In this document: positions 26,594 through 35,471 of the stretch, piece after piece
How the letters are laid out: each line of letters begins with the position of its first letter
Position numbering within the stretch: position 1 is the stretch's first letter
Source: a virus
Reading direction: 5' to 3' (one strand)
Virus record (IMG/VR): IMGVR_UViG_3300033746_000018
Length of the DNA stretch: 45,171 nucleotides
Program-made: the position numbers and the translations under genes
The notes under the pieces: model-generated
What the model saw: only the letters and a program-made list of their open reading frames with translations
Told to the model about the DNA's origin: nothing
Databases searched by the model: none

Positions 26594-26947
26594 TTGAGCT
26601 TTTGGAATAGTAATGCAGAAAAATTTGAGCGTGTTAATGGCAGAATTGATGAATTGCACCAAATGATTGACGGTGGTTATAATCCTTATGGTAAAAATTC
26701 AATCGGGTTAAAAAGTAAAGTTGCTAATTTAGAAAGAAATTTAACTGAAAAAATGGATAACTTAATAATGATGAATAAAAAATCTGATGTTGAGATAGAA
26801 GATAATAAATTAACAATTGAAATTGATATGCCTACTAAAGAAGAATTTAAAATGTTATCCAGGGGCTATTTGCAAAATCATATTGAAAACATAGTATCTC
26901 GTAAACTTTGGGAATGGCGACATAACTTAAATAAAAAGGAGGTTTAA
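26594..26947 (+). CDS. Hypothetical protein (117 aa, TTG start)
   Basis: ORF track. Confidence 0.55.
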   Translation: MSFWNSNAEKFERVNGRIDELHQMIDGGYNPYGKNSIGLKSKVANLERNLTEKMDNLIMMNKKSDVEIEDNKLTIEIDMPTKEEFKMLSRGYLQNHIENIVSRKLWEWRHNLNKKEV

Positions 26948-26950
26948 ATT

Positions 26951-27106
26951 ATGCCTAAAGTTTTAACTCGCAAAATTATTAGAAACAGGATTAGAAACAA
27001 GTATAGTAATAAGGCGGTTAATTCTGTATTTCAGAATTATCAGCAAGCAGGTGCTAGAGGTAAAAAATATTCTGAAAGGGATATAGAAAAAGCAAAGAAA
27101 CTTTAA
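26951..27106 (+). CDS. Hypothetical basic microprotein (51 aa)
   Basis: Hand translation gives MPKVLTRKIIRNRIRNKYSNKAVNSVFQNYQQAGARGKKYSERDIEKAKKL. AGGAGG lies 8 nt upstream. Confidence 0.5.
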   Translation: MPKVLTRKIIRNRIRNKYSNKAVNSVFQNYQQAGARGKKYSERDIEKAKKL

Positions 27107-27117
27107 GGAGGAATAAG

Positions 27118-27357
27118 ATGAGTGAATATAACAAAGAAAAAGCAATAGCAGCTCAAAAAGCATTTGCTAAAAAAACAAATTCTCCCCATTTTGCACCTGA
27201 TAATGGAGTGTGTTGGAAGTGTCATAAAAATATTTATGAGCCAGAAACTGCCGTTAATGCAAATGGTAATGAATATACTACTGGAGTTACAGTTGAGAAA
27301 GCGAAGACAGGATTGATTACTGGTTGCCCACATTGTAATAGAAGTTACTGCAGTTAA
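27118..27357 (+). CDS. Zinc-ribbon protein (79 aa)
   Basis: CWKCH ... CPHCN. RBS is aaggagg. Confidence 0.65.
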   Translation: MSEYNKEKAIAAQKAFAKKTNSPHFAPDNGVCWKCHKNIYEPETAVNANGNEYTTGVTVEKAKTGLITGCPHCNRSYCS

Positions 27358-27371
27358 TAAGGAGGAATAAG

Positions 27372-27926
27372 ATGTCAGAAGCAGTTAAAAAAGAAGTTCA
27401 GGAGGAAGTCCAGGAAGAACAGGAACGATTTCAAATAGACAACGATGATAAAGCTTGTTGGGCTCTACAGAAGATTAAGGAATTAGAGGATCAGGTAGAA
27501 GAAAAGGAAGCTCTTGCTCAAAGACAGATAGACCAGGTTAACAGCTGGCTGGATAAAGAAACTTCTTCATTAGAAAAGAAGATTAATAACTTTAAGAATA
27601 TGTTATTTGAATATGCTCAACAGTTAAGAGAAGAAGATCCTGCAATGAAAACTCATTCATTACCGTTTGGCAAGCTACAGTTTAGAAAAAGACGGCCTAA
27701 ATGGCAGTATGAAGATGAATTACTGGATACCGTCAAAGAGAAGATACCTGACGCTGTAAGAGTGAAAGAAGATGTTGATAAACGAACACTCAAGAAAATT
27801 GTTAAGGATAGTGGAAACTATAAGATACTTGATGATGGCAGGGTAGTTAATACTGAAATTGGCGAATTTGTGGAAGGTTTAAAAGTAGTGGACCGAGGGG
27901 AAAGTTTTAAGGTTAAAACAGTATAG
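27372..27926 (+). CDS. Gp157 / Mu Gam-like host-nuclease-inhibitor family protein (184 aa)
   Basis: It has an N-terminal coiled coil with DDKACWALQKIKELE and the C-terminal pattern SLPFGKLQFRKRRPKW typical of this family. The call is by recall only. Confidence 0.5.
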   Translation: MSEAVKKEVQEEVQEEQERFQIDNDDKACWALQKIKELEDQVEEKEALAQRQIDQVNSWLDKETSSLEKKINNFKNMLFEYAQQLREEDPAMKTHSLPFGKLQFRKRRPKWQYEDELLDTVKEKIPDAVRVKEDVDKRTLKKIVKDSGNYKILDDGRVVNTEIGEFVEGLKVVDRGESFKVKTV

Positions 27927-27938
27927 GAGGGGTAAATA

Positions 27939-29207
27939 GTGGCGAATGAAGTAGTGGAAGCTCAAAACAATATAGTTAGCCGTGATATGTTGCCTGCTGA
28001 CATAACGGAAAGAGTAAAAGAAGCAGCCAGGCAGAATAATGCTTTAATGACAATGATGGATAGTTTATTGGAGGAAGGAACTGACTTCGGCAGAGTACCT
28101 GGAGTACCAAAACCTTTTTTACATCAGCCAGGGGCCCAACAATTAGGATTAGTTTTCAAATTAAGGCCGGAATTTGAAATTTTAGATAAGACTGTAGATT
28201 TTGATATGGACCCGACCCTTGTAGTGTATGATATTAAATGCAAAATTTATCAGCGTGAAAGTGAAGCGTTTTTAGGCGAGGGTGTTGGAAGTTGCACTAA
28301 TTATGAAAGAAAGTATAAGTATTATAAAGATAAGACAGTATTTGAAGATCCTTTAGATAGGATTAACACAATTCTTAAAATGGCTAAAAAAAGAGCATAT
28401 GTTGACGCTATATTAAATGTAACTGGTGCAAGTAGATTATTCACACAGGACCCTGATTTAGTAGATGGCAGTAATGGTAGTAAACAGCTGGACGATAAGA
28501 AGCCAGAAAATGTAGAAATTTGGTTTGGTAAGCATAAAGGTAAAAAATTATCAGAATTGCCTACCAGTTATCTTAACTGGCTTAAAGATAATGCGAAACA
28601 GAATGACTTGCAAGAAGCAGCTGCTAAAGTTTTAGAGCAAATGCAGGATAAGTATAGTGCTGGAAGCCAATCTAAGGGTAAAAAGAATAGCAATAGTAGT
28701 AGTTCTTCAAATAATAGTAGTGATGAAAGTATAAATAGCAAGATTAATCAGGAACACCCAGAAAAAACAATATTATGGTTTGGTAAATTCGAAGGTAAAA
28801 AGTTAGAGGAAGCTAATTCAGGTTATCTTAAATGGCTAATTGATAATGATAAGACTAATAAGCAACTGAAAATGGCTGCTAAACTAACTTTAGATAAGCA
28901 TAAGAGCAGCAAAGAAGAAAGGCCTAAGAAGAAAGAAAAAAGAGAAACTACTGAAAGAGAAGCTGAAATTAAAGAGTTAATTGGGGACGATCAGAAAAAG
29001 AAAAATATGTTGTTTAATTTATTATCCAGTTTTAATGCAAAAAGTATTAATTCTTTAGACGAAGAAGAATACTTGATACTTAGAAATTCATTGAGAGATA
29101 AGGACGCTGGACCAACAGAGGAAGATTTAAAAGCATATGATGATATGAGTATGGAAGAAGTTTATGAAGACTTTGAGAAAACTTTAGAGGAGGAAGATAA
29201 TGAGTAA
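27939..29207 (+). CDS. Putative ssDNA-annealing or recombination protein, family unresolved. It has two tandem DUF3820-like C-terminal repeats and an acidic tail.
   Basis: It lies between the Gam-like gene and the replication genes. MAKKRAYVDAILNVTGASRLFTQD is present, and WFGKHKGKKLSELPTSYLNWLKDN is repeated as WFGKFEGKKLEEANSGYLKWLIDN. Confidence 0.45.
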   Translation: MANEVVEAQNNIVSRDMLPADITERVKEAARQNNALMTMMDSLLEEGTDFGRVPGVPKPFLHQPGAQQLGLVFKLRPEFEILDKTVDFDMDPTLVVYDIKCKIYQRESEAFLGEGVGSCTNYERKYKYYKDKTVFEDPLDRINTILKMAKKRAYVDAILNVTGASRLFTQDPDLVDGSNGSKQLDDKKPENVEIWFGKHKGKKLSELPTSYLNWLKDNAKQNDLQEAAAKVLEQMQDKYSAGSQSKGKKNSNSSSSSNNSSDESINSKINQEHPEKTILWFGKFEGKKLEEANSGYLKWLIDNDKTNKQLKMAAKLTLDKHKSSKEERPKKKEKRETTEREAEIKELIGDDQKKKNMLFNLLSSFNAKSINSLDEEEYLILRNSLRDKDAGPTEEDLKAYDDMSMEEVYEDFEKTLEEEDNE

Positions 29208-29478
29208 ATATCAAATTGTAAAAGTTAATGATGAAGGCGAAAAGAAAGTTTTGAAAGACGATATTAGAAATATTGTGTATATAGCAGAAAGAAAAGAAAA
29301 TAATGAGTTAGATTTTGGTTATACTGCCGATAAATTAAAAACTGAGAAAATGGCATTTATGAAATTTATTTTTGATAGAGAAATGACTAAACTTTTAGAT
29401 AGTAATTATAGGAATATAGATAATAAGCGTTCTTCAAATCCTAGCGAAAATATAAAAAGGTTACTTGATATGATTTAA
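29200..29478 (+). CDS. Hypothetical protein (92 aa)
   Basis: ORF track. Overlaps the upstream stop. Confidence 0.6.
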   Translation: MSKYQIVKVNDEGEKKVLKDDIRNIVYIAERKENNELDFGYTADKLKTEKMAFMKFIFDREMTKLLDSNYRNIDNKRSSNPSENIKRLLDMI

Positions 29479-29548
29479 ACTCATAAATATAAAGATGAAG
29501 TAATATTTGAATATATTTGAGTGTTGCTTCATCTTCAAGGAGGTAAAA

Positions 29549-29731
29549 ATGGATAAGAATTTACAGAAAATTTTTGATAAGTTGCTAAATAAAAATGTTG
29601 AAATGCTGGCGACTGATGAAATCACAGGAGAAAGTGCTGATGATGTGATTGCTATTTTAGAGGAATATGACGAGTATATAAACTCAATGGAACAGCCAAA
29701 TGACGATTATCAGAGGAAGTGGAACAGGTGA
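29549..29731 (+). CDS. Hypothetical acidic protein (60 aa)
   Basis: I chose the ATG at 29549 because it lies 6 nt after AAGGAGG. The track start at 29507 lacks an RBS. Confidence 0.55.
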   Translation: MDKNLQKIFDKLLNKNVEMLATDEITGESADDVIAILEEYDEYINSMEQPNDDYQRKWNR

Positions 29732-29871
29732 GTAAAGAAAAAATATGCGAATGTGGAACAGTTATCAAAGAAGGTCGGGCTGGTAAGTGTAGAAAATGTT
29801 ATGAAAGAGAATTAACTTATAGTGATGAAAAGGCTCAAAAATATTGGCAACATATGGCAGGTGGTAGATAA
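29728..29871 (+). CDS. Zinc-ribbon microprotein (47 aa, GTG start)
   Basis: Hand translation gives VSKEKICECGTVIKEGRAGKCRKCYERELTYSDEKAQKYWQHMAGGR. It is coupled at both ends (GTGA and ATAATG overlaps). Confidence 0.5.
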   Translation: MSKEKICECGTVIKEGRAGKCRKCYERELTYSDEKAQKYWQHMAGGR

Positions 29872-30137
29872 TGGAATATTTTGAAATAATGGATAAATTG
29901 AATATGAAGCAGCCAAAAGATTTAGAAAAAGATTGGTTTGAATATTTCATAAATGATTATATACCAAGCCAAAACGGTAATGATGAAGAAATGTTTATTG
30001 ATTTAGGTTTTAGTCCAACTGCTTATATTATTTGGAAGGCATTAGAGGAAGATATATTAGATGGAGAATTTGCAAAAGAAGCAGAAAAAGCGTTAGATGA
30101 AAGAATAAAAAAATTAAATAAAAGTGGTGGTATTTAA
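29871..30137 (+). CDS. Hypothetical acidic protein (88 aa)
   Basis: ORF track. Confidence 0.6.
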   Translation: MEYFEIMDKLNMKQPKDLEKDWFEYFINDYIPSQNGNDEEMFIDLGFSPTAYIIWKALEEDILDGEFAKEAEKALDERIKKLNKSGGI

Positions 30138-30580
30138 TGGCGTGTAGTGAATGGACTAAAAACTTAGAAGGATTAGAATTTGAAGGTTTTGAGTATTGTC
30201 CTTATTGTGGCAGCAAATTAGATGAAAAAGGCTGCACTTATAACAGAAGTAACATTCCTTATGATGAAATAGTCAGCTATCTTAATGAAAGATTAGGCAC
30301 AAGGTATAGATCCAGCACTCAAAAGACTAGAAAGATGATTAAGGCCAGGTGGAATGAAGGTTTTAGGCTGCAGGACTTTAAAGATGTGATTGATAAGAAG
30401 GCAGTCGAATGGATAGGTAATAAGGAAATGGAAAAATACTTGCGGCCAGTAACACTATTTTCGACTAAGTTTGAAAGTTACTTAAATCAGATCAGCGTTA
30501 AAAGCAAAGGGCAAAGCAAAGCACAAAGACTACAGGAACTTTATGGGGAGTTATCAGATGGAGAAGAAACAGACTTTTAA
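30137..30580 (+). CDS. Replication protein with an N-terminal zinc ribbon and a Phg_2220_C-type (DnaD-like) C-terminal domain
   Basis: YCPYCGSKL...GC is followed by IVSYLNERLGTRYRSSTQKTRKMIKARWNEGFRLQDFKDVIDKKAVEW...YLRPVTLFSTKFESYLNQ. Confidence 0.7.
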   Translation: MACSEWTKNLEGLEFEGFEYCPYCGSKLDEKGCTYNRSNIPYDEIVSYLNERLGTRYRSSTQKTRKMIKARWNEGFRLQDFKDVIDKKAVEWIGNKEMEKYLRPVTLFSTKFESYLNQISVKSKGQSKAQRLQELYGELSDGEETDF

Positions 30581-31118
30581 GGTATTAACTTTAATCAGTA
30601 GCATTTATCAAAAGAAGTTTGAATTTGGCGAAAATAAAGATGATGATAAGTTAACCGTCAATGCCTGGCACCGCTATTTGAGCAGTTATAACTATGAAAT
30701 AGTGCAGTCAGTAGTGGATAAACTTATTCTTAATAAGCCTACCTGGCCGCCGACAGCTGGAGAAGTGGTCCAGGAAATAGAGAAATTGAAAGCAGGTGAT
30801 AAATTACTTCCAGGGGAAGCCTGGGATAAGGTGTTAAGAGCAATAAGAGTACACGGGGCATTATACGGTACTGAAAAGGCTATGAATAGTTTAGATAAGA
30901 GAACAAAGTTAGCAGTCAGAGGGGTTGGAGGATTGACAGCTATAGCAAAAGCTGATGATAAAGAACTATCTTATATGAAAAATGATTTTAAGAAAGAATA
31001 TGCAGCTATAACTGATAAGGAAATTAACGAAAATTATTTGCCCGTAGGATTAAAAAAGAAGTTTAAGCAGCTAAGAAATAGTTATAGTAATTTAATTGAA
31101 GGAGGACAAAATGGGTAA
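30558..31118 (+). CDS. G39P-like replicative helicase loader candidate
   Basis: I preferred the ATG at 30558, 7 nt after GGGGAG. The pattern is VNAWHRYLSSYNYEIVQSVVDKLILNKPTWPPTAGEV. No phage helicase is present in the window. Confidence 0.45.
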   Translation: MEKKQTFKVLTLISSIYQKKFEFGENKDDDKLTVNAWHRYLSSYNYEIVQSVVDKLILNKPTWPPTAGEVVQEIEKLKAGDKLLPGEAWDKVLRAIRVHGALYGTEKAMNSLDKRTKLAVRGVGGLTAIAKADDKELSYMKNDFKKEYAAITDKEINENYLPVGLKKKFKQLRNSYSNLIEGGQNG

Positions 31119-31455
31119 AAAAATTGAGTTTTCAAAGTCTGATTTGGGATATATTGTTAATGCTATTGATATTTCAGGTATGAGTTATTCGGAAGTAGGA
31201 AAAGAATTTGGCTGCAGCAGGACAACAATCTGGAGAAGGTATAAGGAAGCTAAGGCAGATTTACCTGAAACTGAATTAGCCAGGTTAAGTGATGAAAGAA
31301 AACAGGCTTATAAAGATAGAGAAAAGGCTTTTGAAGAACAAAAAAATAAATTCGGAGTTATTCATATTCAAGAAGAAGTAGAAGAAGGGTTCTTTGAGAA
31401 AGTTAAGAGTTGGTTTAAATACATACTAACTGGAGGGGATAGCGGTTTATGGTAA
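31111..31455 (+). CDS. HTH DNA-binding protein (114 aa)
   Basis: ATG lies after AAGGAGG. The HTH segment is MSYSEVGKEFGCSRTTIWRRYKEAK. Confidence 0.6.
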   Translation: MGKKIEFSKSDLGYIVNAIDISGMSYSEVGKEFGCSRTTIWRRYKEAKADLPETELARLSDERKQAYKDREKAFEEQKNKFGVIHIQEEVEEGFFEKVKSWFKYILTGGDSGLW

Positions 31456-31799
31456 ACAATACTCCGCTAGAAGAAGATGAACAAAAAGTCATAGCAGAAT
31501 ATTTAGATTATACAGTAGGCGAGTTAAACTGGTGTCATGTACCGAATGAAAGTAAAAGCAAAGTGCAGTATTATGTCAAGCAAAAAGCATTAGGAGTTAA
31601 ATCTGGAGTGCCTGATATATTAATTTTCAAAGCACCAGAAGAATATAATGGTATAGCAATAGAAATGAAAAGAAGAAAAGGCGGCAGGGTTAGCGATAAT
31701 CAAAAGAAATGGCTTAAAAGTTTAGAAGAAAACGGCTGGCTAACTACTGTTGCCAAAGGTGCTGATGAAGCAATAGAATTTTTGAAGGAAGTCAGATAA
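31449..31799 (+). CDS. VRR-NUC domain nuclease (116 aa)
   Basis: HVPNES...GVKSGVPDILIF...IAIEMKRRKGGRVSDNQKKWLKSLEENGW. Confidence 0.8.
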   Translation: MVNNTPLEEDEQKVIAEYLDYTVGELNWCHVPNESKSKVQYYVKQKALGVKSGVPDILIFKAPEEYNGIAIEMKRRKGGRVSDNQKKWLKSLEENGWLTTVAKGADEAIEFLKEVR

Positions 31800-32068
31800 T
31801 GAGTGTTAAAATATGTGAGATTACAGGGTGCGACAATCATTTCCCTGCTGATAGTAAATTTAAACACTGCTTATATCATAGGTATTTGCTTGATCGCCCC
31901 TGTGCTTACTATTTTCATAAGAAGGAAGGGTTTTTAATACCAGTTGAGTGGTGTAATAAGCATAATAAAAGGTATGATGATTTACCGTGTGAATACTGTC
32001 CTGATAAAACAGATCCGCTGGAAGCGTTGGAGGAAGTGGTGAAAATACAGGAAGAAAAAGGAGGATAA
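31799..32068 (+). CDS. Cys/His-rich hypothetical protein (89 aa)
   Basis: ORF track. Multiple C and H clusters. Confidence 0.6.
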   Translation: MSVKICEITGCDNHFPADSKFKHCLYHRYLLDRPCAYYFHKKEGFLIPVEWCNKHNKRYDDLPCEYCPDKTDPLEALEEVVKIQEEKGG

Positions 32069-32069
32069 G

Positions 32070-32222
32070 ATGAAATTATGTCCACTTAAATTTAATAATA
32101 AAAATATAAATGCTGACAATATTATAAACAATAAAGAATATAAATGCGAAAAAGAAAATTGTGCTTGGTGGGACGAGGAAAATAATTGTTGTTCAATGTT
32201 AAATTTAAAAAATATATTTTAG
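32070..32222 (+). CDS. Cys-rich microprotein (50 aa)
   Basis: Hand translation gives MKLCPLKFNNKNINADNIINNKEYKCEKENCAWWDEENNCCSMLNLKNIF. RBS is aaaggagg. Confidence 0.5.
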   Translation: MKLCPLKFNNKNINADNIINNKEYKCEKENCAWWDEENNCCSMLNLKNIF

Positions 32223-32232
32223 GAGGTAGCAA

Positions 32233-32508
32233 ATGAAAGATTATGCTTTTCCAGACGAGAGAAGGATTAACATAATCTTGCTTATATACGCTGTCCTGGA
32301 GGAAGTAACAGTTGATGAAGCGTTTGATTTTCTGCAGCACGATCATAAAGTAACAAGTGGTGGCCGAAAAAAACCTTTCACTAATAGTGAAATAGTCAGG
32401 CTGCATAATGATTTAGATTTAACCTTTACAGAAATAGCGAAAATATATGGAGTAGCAGTATCGACAATAACAAGAAGATATAAGAAGGAGGTTGAAAATG
32501 AGCGATAG
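32233..32508 (+). CDS. Small HTH protein (91 aa)
   Basis: C-terminal segment is LTFTEIAKIYGVAVSTITRRYKK. Confidence 0.6.
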   Translation: MKDYAFPDERRINIILLIYAVLEEVTVDEAFDFLQHDHKVTSGGRKKPFTNSEIVRLHNDLDLTFTEIAKIYGVAVSTITRRYKKEVENER

Positions 32509-32677
32509 CAATAATAGTTCAGGAGTAGGATTTTTAGGAGTGTTAGAATTAATATTTATAACTTTAAAGCTAACAGGTTATATTGAATGGTCCTGGTGGT
32601 GGGTATTATCTCCTACCTGGATACCATTAGGAATTGCAGGTTTGATATTTATTATAGCTTTAATAGCTCATTTATAA
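32492..32677 (+). CDS. Small membrane protein (61 aa), Fragile-X-F-like transmembrane family
   Basis: LELIFITLKLTGYIEWSWWWVLSPTWIPLGIAGLIFIIALIAHL. Confidence 0.6.
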   Translation: MKMSDSNNSSGVGFLGVLELIFITLKLTGYIEWSWWWVLSPTWIPLGIAGLIFIIALIAHL

Positions 32678-32688
32678 GGAGGTAGAGA

Positions 32689-33039
32689 GTGAAAAAAATT
32701 AAATTTAGAGCTTGGAATGATATAAGCAAAGAAATGTTATATCATGGTAAAGATATACAAGGTTTGATATGGTGGAATGAGTTTGGTGAAATTCAAAGTT
32801 TAGCAAAGGCAGAATTAATGCAGTCAACCGGTTTAAAAGATAAAAATGGTAAAGAAATATATGAAGGGGATTTCATAAAAGCAGAGTGGGGTATAGGAAA
32901 CGCTGATTATAGAATAGTTGGTGAAGATGGATTGCCAGAATTTTATCATTGGTTTATTGAGTATTGTTTTGAAGAAGATAATTTAGAGGTTATCGGCAAC
33001 AAATATGAAAATCCAGAGTTGATAGAAAATGAGGAATAA
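32689..33039 (+). CDS. YopX family protein (116 aa)
   Basis: KIKFRAWNDISKEM...LMQSTGLKDKNGKEIYEGD. Confidence 0.8.
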   Translation: MKKIKFRAWNDISKEMLYHGKDIQGLIWWNEFGEIQSLAKAELMQSTGLKDKNGKEIYEGDFIKAEWGIGNADYRIVGEDGLPEFYHWFIEYCFEEDNLEVIGNKYENPELIENEE

Positions 33040-33193
33040 AGCAGAAACTGAACTATCAGTATTAGCTGATATTGAGAGAAAGGTTAATTATCTTAGGCAC
33101 TCTATAGGTGGGGACAGGAAAGAGGATTATGAGAATTTGAAGATGAAAATTAGTCGTCTGAAAGAACAAATTAAGGGGGAAGATAATGACTAA
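33029..33193 (+). CDS. Hypothetical coiled-coil microprotein (54 aa)
   Basis: Hand translation gives MRNKAETELSVLADIERKVNYLRHSIGGDRKEDYENLKMKISRLKEQIKGEDND. It overlaps both neighbours. Confidence 0.4.
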   Translation: MRNKAETELSVLADIERKVNYLRHSIGGDRKEDYENLKMKISRLKEQIKGEDND

Positions 33194-33500
33194 ATTAGAA
33201 AGAAGAGATTTCTGGGCTATTAAGAGAATGGATATTATTCAGCGTAGATTAAGAATTATTCAAAGAGAAATTAATGAGATGAAAGCTGATTTAGGGAGGG
33301 CTGGGTTTAAAGTTGACTTTTTCGGTGAGGGAATTACCACTACCTGCCGTATTCTTCCTAAAAAAGACGAATATCAGAAAGAAGAATTAAGAACTAAAGC
33401 TGAACTAGCCGAAGATGATTATAACATACCATTGTTAGGCAAATACTTAGCTTTAAGAAGGGCACACGCTATGGTAATTCTTGATAATAAGGAGGAATAA
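33186..33500 (+). CDS. Hypothetical protein (104 aa)
   Basis: ORF track. Confidence 0.6.
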   Translation: MTKLERRDFWAIKRMDIIQRRLRIIQREINEMKADLGRAGFKVDFFGEGITTTCRILPKKDEYQKEELRTKAELAEDDYNIPLLGKYLALRRAHAMVILDNKEE

Positions 33501-33501
33501 T

Positions 33502-34032
33502 TTGAAGTCAGCAAGAGTAATAACTACATTTGAGTGTAACAGGAATTGTCCTTACTGCAGCAACAACTATGAAAGTTTGATTAGTCAGGGCAGAGAAGAA
33601 GATAACTTAAATTTTATTGAGGATTATGACGAGATTATATTAACTGGCGGAGAGCCAATGCTTTATCCTGAACAGATAATAGATTTAGTTATAAGGATTA
33701 GAGAAATCAAATCTGACATTATAATATATCTTTATACTGCTAATTACAAGTTTTTGTTGGAACGTTTGATAGGACTTATTGATGGTATTACTTATACCTT
33801 GCATGAACGCTGCAGCTTTAAAGATGTTGAAAATTTTCAAGTTGTTCAACAAATGGCAATGGAATTTTCTTATGACAAAAGTTTTAGGTTGTTTATTAAT
33901 AAAAATAATGAAAAAGCTATAACTATAATGCCTGATTTGTGGGATCGCATTAAAATAGCTGGTACTTTATCAGAGGAAGATTGCGACTATCCAGAAGATG
34001 ATCTAATTATTTTAAAGGAGTGGGGTTTATGA
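33502..34032 (+). CDS. Minimal radical-SAM-like protein (about 176 aa)
   Basis: A TTG at 33502 lies 6 nt after AGGAGG. The CNRNCPYC (CX3CX2C) cluster motif and ILTGGEPMLYPE are present. Confidence 0.65.
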   Translation: MKSARVITTFECNRNCPYCSNNYESLISQGREEDNLNFIEDYDEIILTGGEPMLYPEQIIDLVIRIREIKSDIIIYLYTANYKFLLERLIGLIDGITYTLHERCSFKDVENFQVVQQMAMEFSYDKSFRLFINKNNEKAITIMPDLWDRIKIAGTLSEEDCDYPEDDLIILKEWGL

Positions 34033-34178
34033 TACACGCTAAAACTAATAAAGAAACATTAGAGTTGAATTATGAGAGGGAAGGCCGAAAGGTTATGGCA
34101 ACTATAGATATTAGCAATATGCAGCCAGGGGAGATATTAGAAGAAGTTAAGAAAATAACAGGAAAGGGGGTCAGTTAA
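34029..34178 (+). CDS. Hypothetical microprotein (49 aa)
   Basis: Hand translation gives MIHAKTNKETLELNYEREGRKVMATIDISNMQPGEILEEVKKITGKGVS. ATGA and TAATG overlaps occur at its ends. Confidence 0.45.
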   Translation: MIHAKTNKETLELNYEREGRKVMATIDISNMQPGEILEEVKKITGKGVS

Positions 34179-34384
34179 TGCCTGAATATAAGAGTAGAGA
34201 ATTTTGCAGAGATATTGGTTGTGGCATGCAAAAACTAATTGATAATGATAAAGAAAATGAATTAGGCAAAAGTTTCGCTAAGAGTTTTTGCAGAAAAGAA
34301 TGTGAGGCATATAAATTTCACCAATGGCTGCAGGAAAATAATTATAAAATTGTGAAGGGGAATGGAGGAGAAAACTATGAGTAA
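34178..34384 (+). CDS. Cys-rich hypothetical protein (68 aa)
   Basis: ORF track. Confidence 0.6.
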   Translation: MPEYKSREFCRDIGCGMQKLIDNDKENELGKSFAKSFCRKECEAYKFHQWLQENNYKIVKGNGGENYE

Positions 34385-34733
34385 ACACACACCAGGACCA
34401 TGGAAGTGGGTTATTGAGGATGGAGATATTGAAATAAGGATGGGGGATGCAATAGAAAGCCCTGGCAACCATTTAGCTCATAATAGTTTCAAATATGTAG
34501 ATATGATTGAAACTTACAAAAAAGAGCAGAAAGAACAGGCGATTGCTAATGCTGATTTGATGACAGCTGCACCTGAGCTGTTGAATGTTGCAGAATATAG
34601 CTTAAAAATAGTTGAAAACTTACCTTGTGAGTGTGATTCTTACAATGGATTCACATGTAAAAAACATGAGTGGGAAAGAAAATTGAGAAAAGCAATTAAT
34701 AAAGCTAAAGGAGGTGATGAAAATATTAAATAG
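34377..34733 (+). CDS. Hypothetical protein with an N-terminal HTPGPW motif (118 aa)
   Basis: The ATG at 34377 follows GGAGGAG. The N-terminus is MSKHTPGPWKW. Confidence 0.6.
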   Translation: MSKHTPGPWKWVIEDGDIEIRMGDAIESPGNHLAHNSFKYVDMIETYKKEQKEQAIANADLMTAAPELLNVAEYSLKIVENLPCECDSYNGFTCKKHEWERKLRKAINKAKGGDENIK

Positions 34734-35166
34734 AATAATTTTAATTGGACGCCTGACTAAAGATCCTTCACTCCGCTATACAGGAAATGGTACTCCTGTG
34801 TGTAATTTTCGGATAGCCTGTGAAAGAAATTATACCAATCGGGACGGCGATAGAGATGTAGATTTCATTAATATAGTTACCTGGCGGGGATTAGCTGAAA
34901 ACTGTGCCAGGCACTTAGGAAAAGGCCGTCTTGTAGGGGTTGACGGGTCCTTGCAGATAAGAAAATCAGAGAATAATAACCGCACTTATATTAACCCAGA
35001 AGTTAAAGCTGATAATGTCAGATTTTTAGATTTTGCAAATAAGGATAAGCAGCAGTCGGTATCAGATCAGCATAAAAAAAGAGTAGAAAAAACTTTGAAA
35101 GGAGAAGAACAAGACCAGGAATTTGATGATAACTTTAATGCAGATGATTTTGATGTACCATTTTGA
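34714..35166 (+). CDS. ssb: Single-stranded DNA-binding protein
   Basis: OB-fold signature LNRIILIGRLTKDPSLRYTGNGTPVCNFRIA...FINIVTWRGLAE and an acidic tip DDFDVPF. Confidence 0.9.
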   Translation: MMKILNRIILIGRLTKDPSLRYTGNGTPVCNFRIACERNYTNRDGDRDVDFINIVTWRGLAENCARHLGKGRLVGVDGSLQIRKSENNNRTYINPEVKADNVRFLDFANKDKQQSVSDQHKKRVEKTLKGEEQDQEFDDNFNADDFDVPF

Positions 35167-35180
35167 AAAAGGTGATTTAA

Positions 35181-35471
35181 GTGGCTGAAAAAATTGTAGG
35201 TAGTAAGATAACCAGAAGTAGATCAGAAAAATTAAATATGAAGAATGACTATATAGCTTTATTAGATGATGTAGAATTAGATTTTAGTTGGAGGCAGGAA
35301 CAAATACCAAGGGTAATTAAGATGTGGGAGGAAGGTTATAGTCTGGAGAAAATCTCAATCGAAATGAAAAGACGAATAGAAGATGTTTTTATTCTTCTAT
35401 ATGATTTATCTTTGAAAGAGAAAATCAAAGCAAGAAAAGGGGGCCTATTCGGGAGCAGGGAGGACGAATAA
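35181..35471 (+). CDS. Hypothetical protein (96 aa, GTG start)
   Basis: ORF track. Confidence 0.55.
   Translation: MAEKIVGSKITRSRSEKLNMKNDYIALLDDVELDFSWRQEQIPRVIKMWEEGYSLEKISIEMKRRIEDVFILLYDLSLKEKIKARKGGLFGSREDE

Noticed and set aside
26438-27333. Minus-strand ORFs at 26438-26662, 26963-27163 and 27103-27333, and at 32122-32406, 34262-34472 and 35912-36097
   Set aside because: They are antisense to tightly coupled plus-strand genes that have strong RBSs. Their translations are hydrophobic and low-complexity, and they have no start signals.
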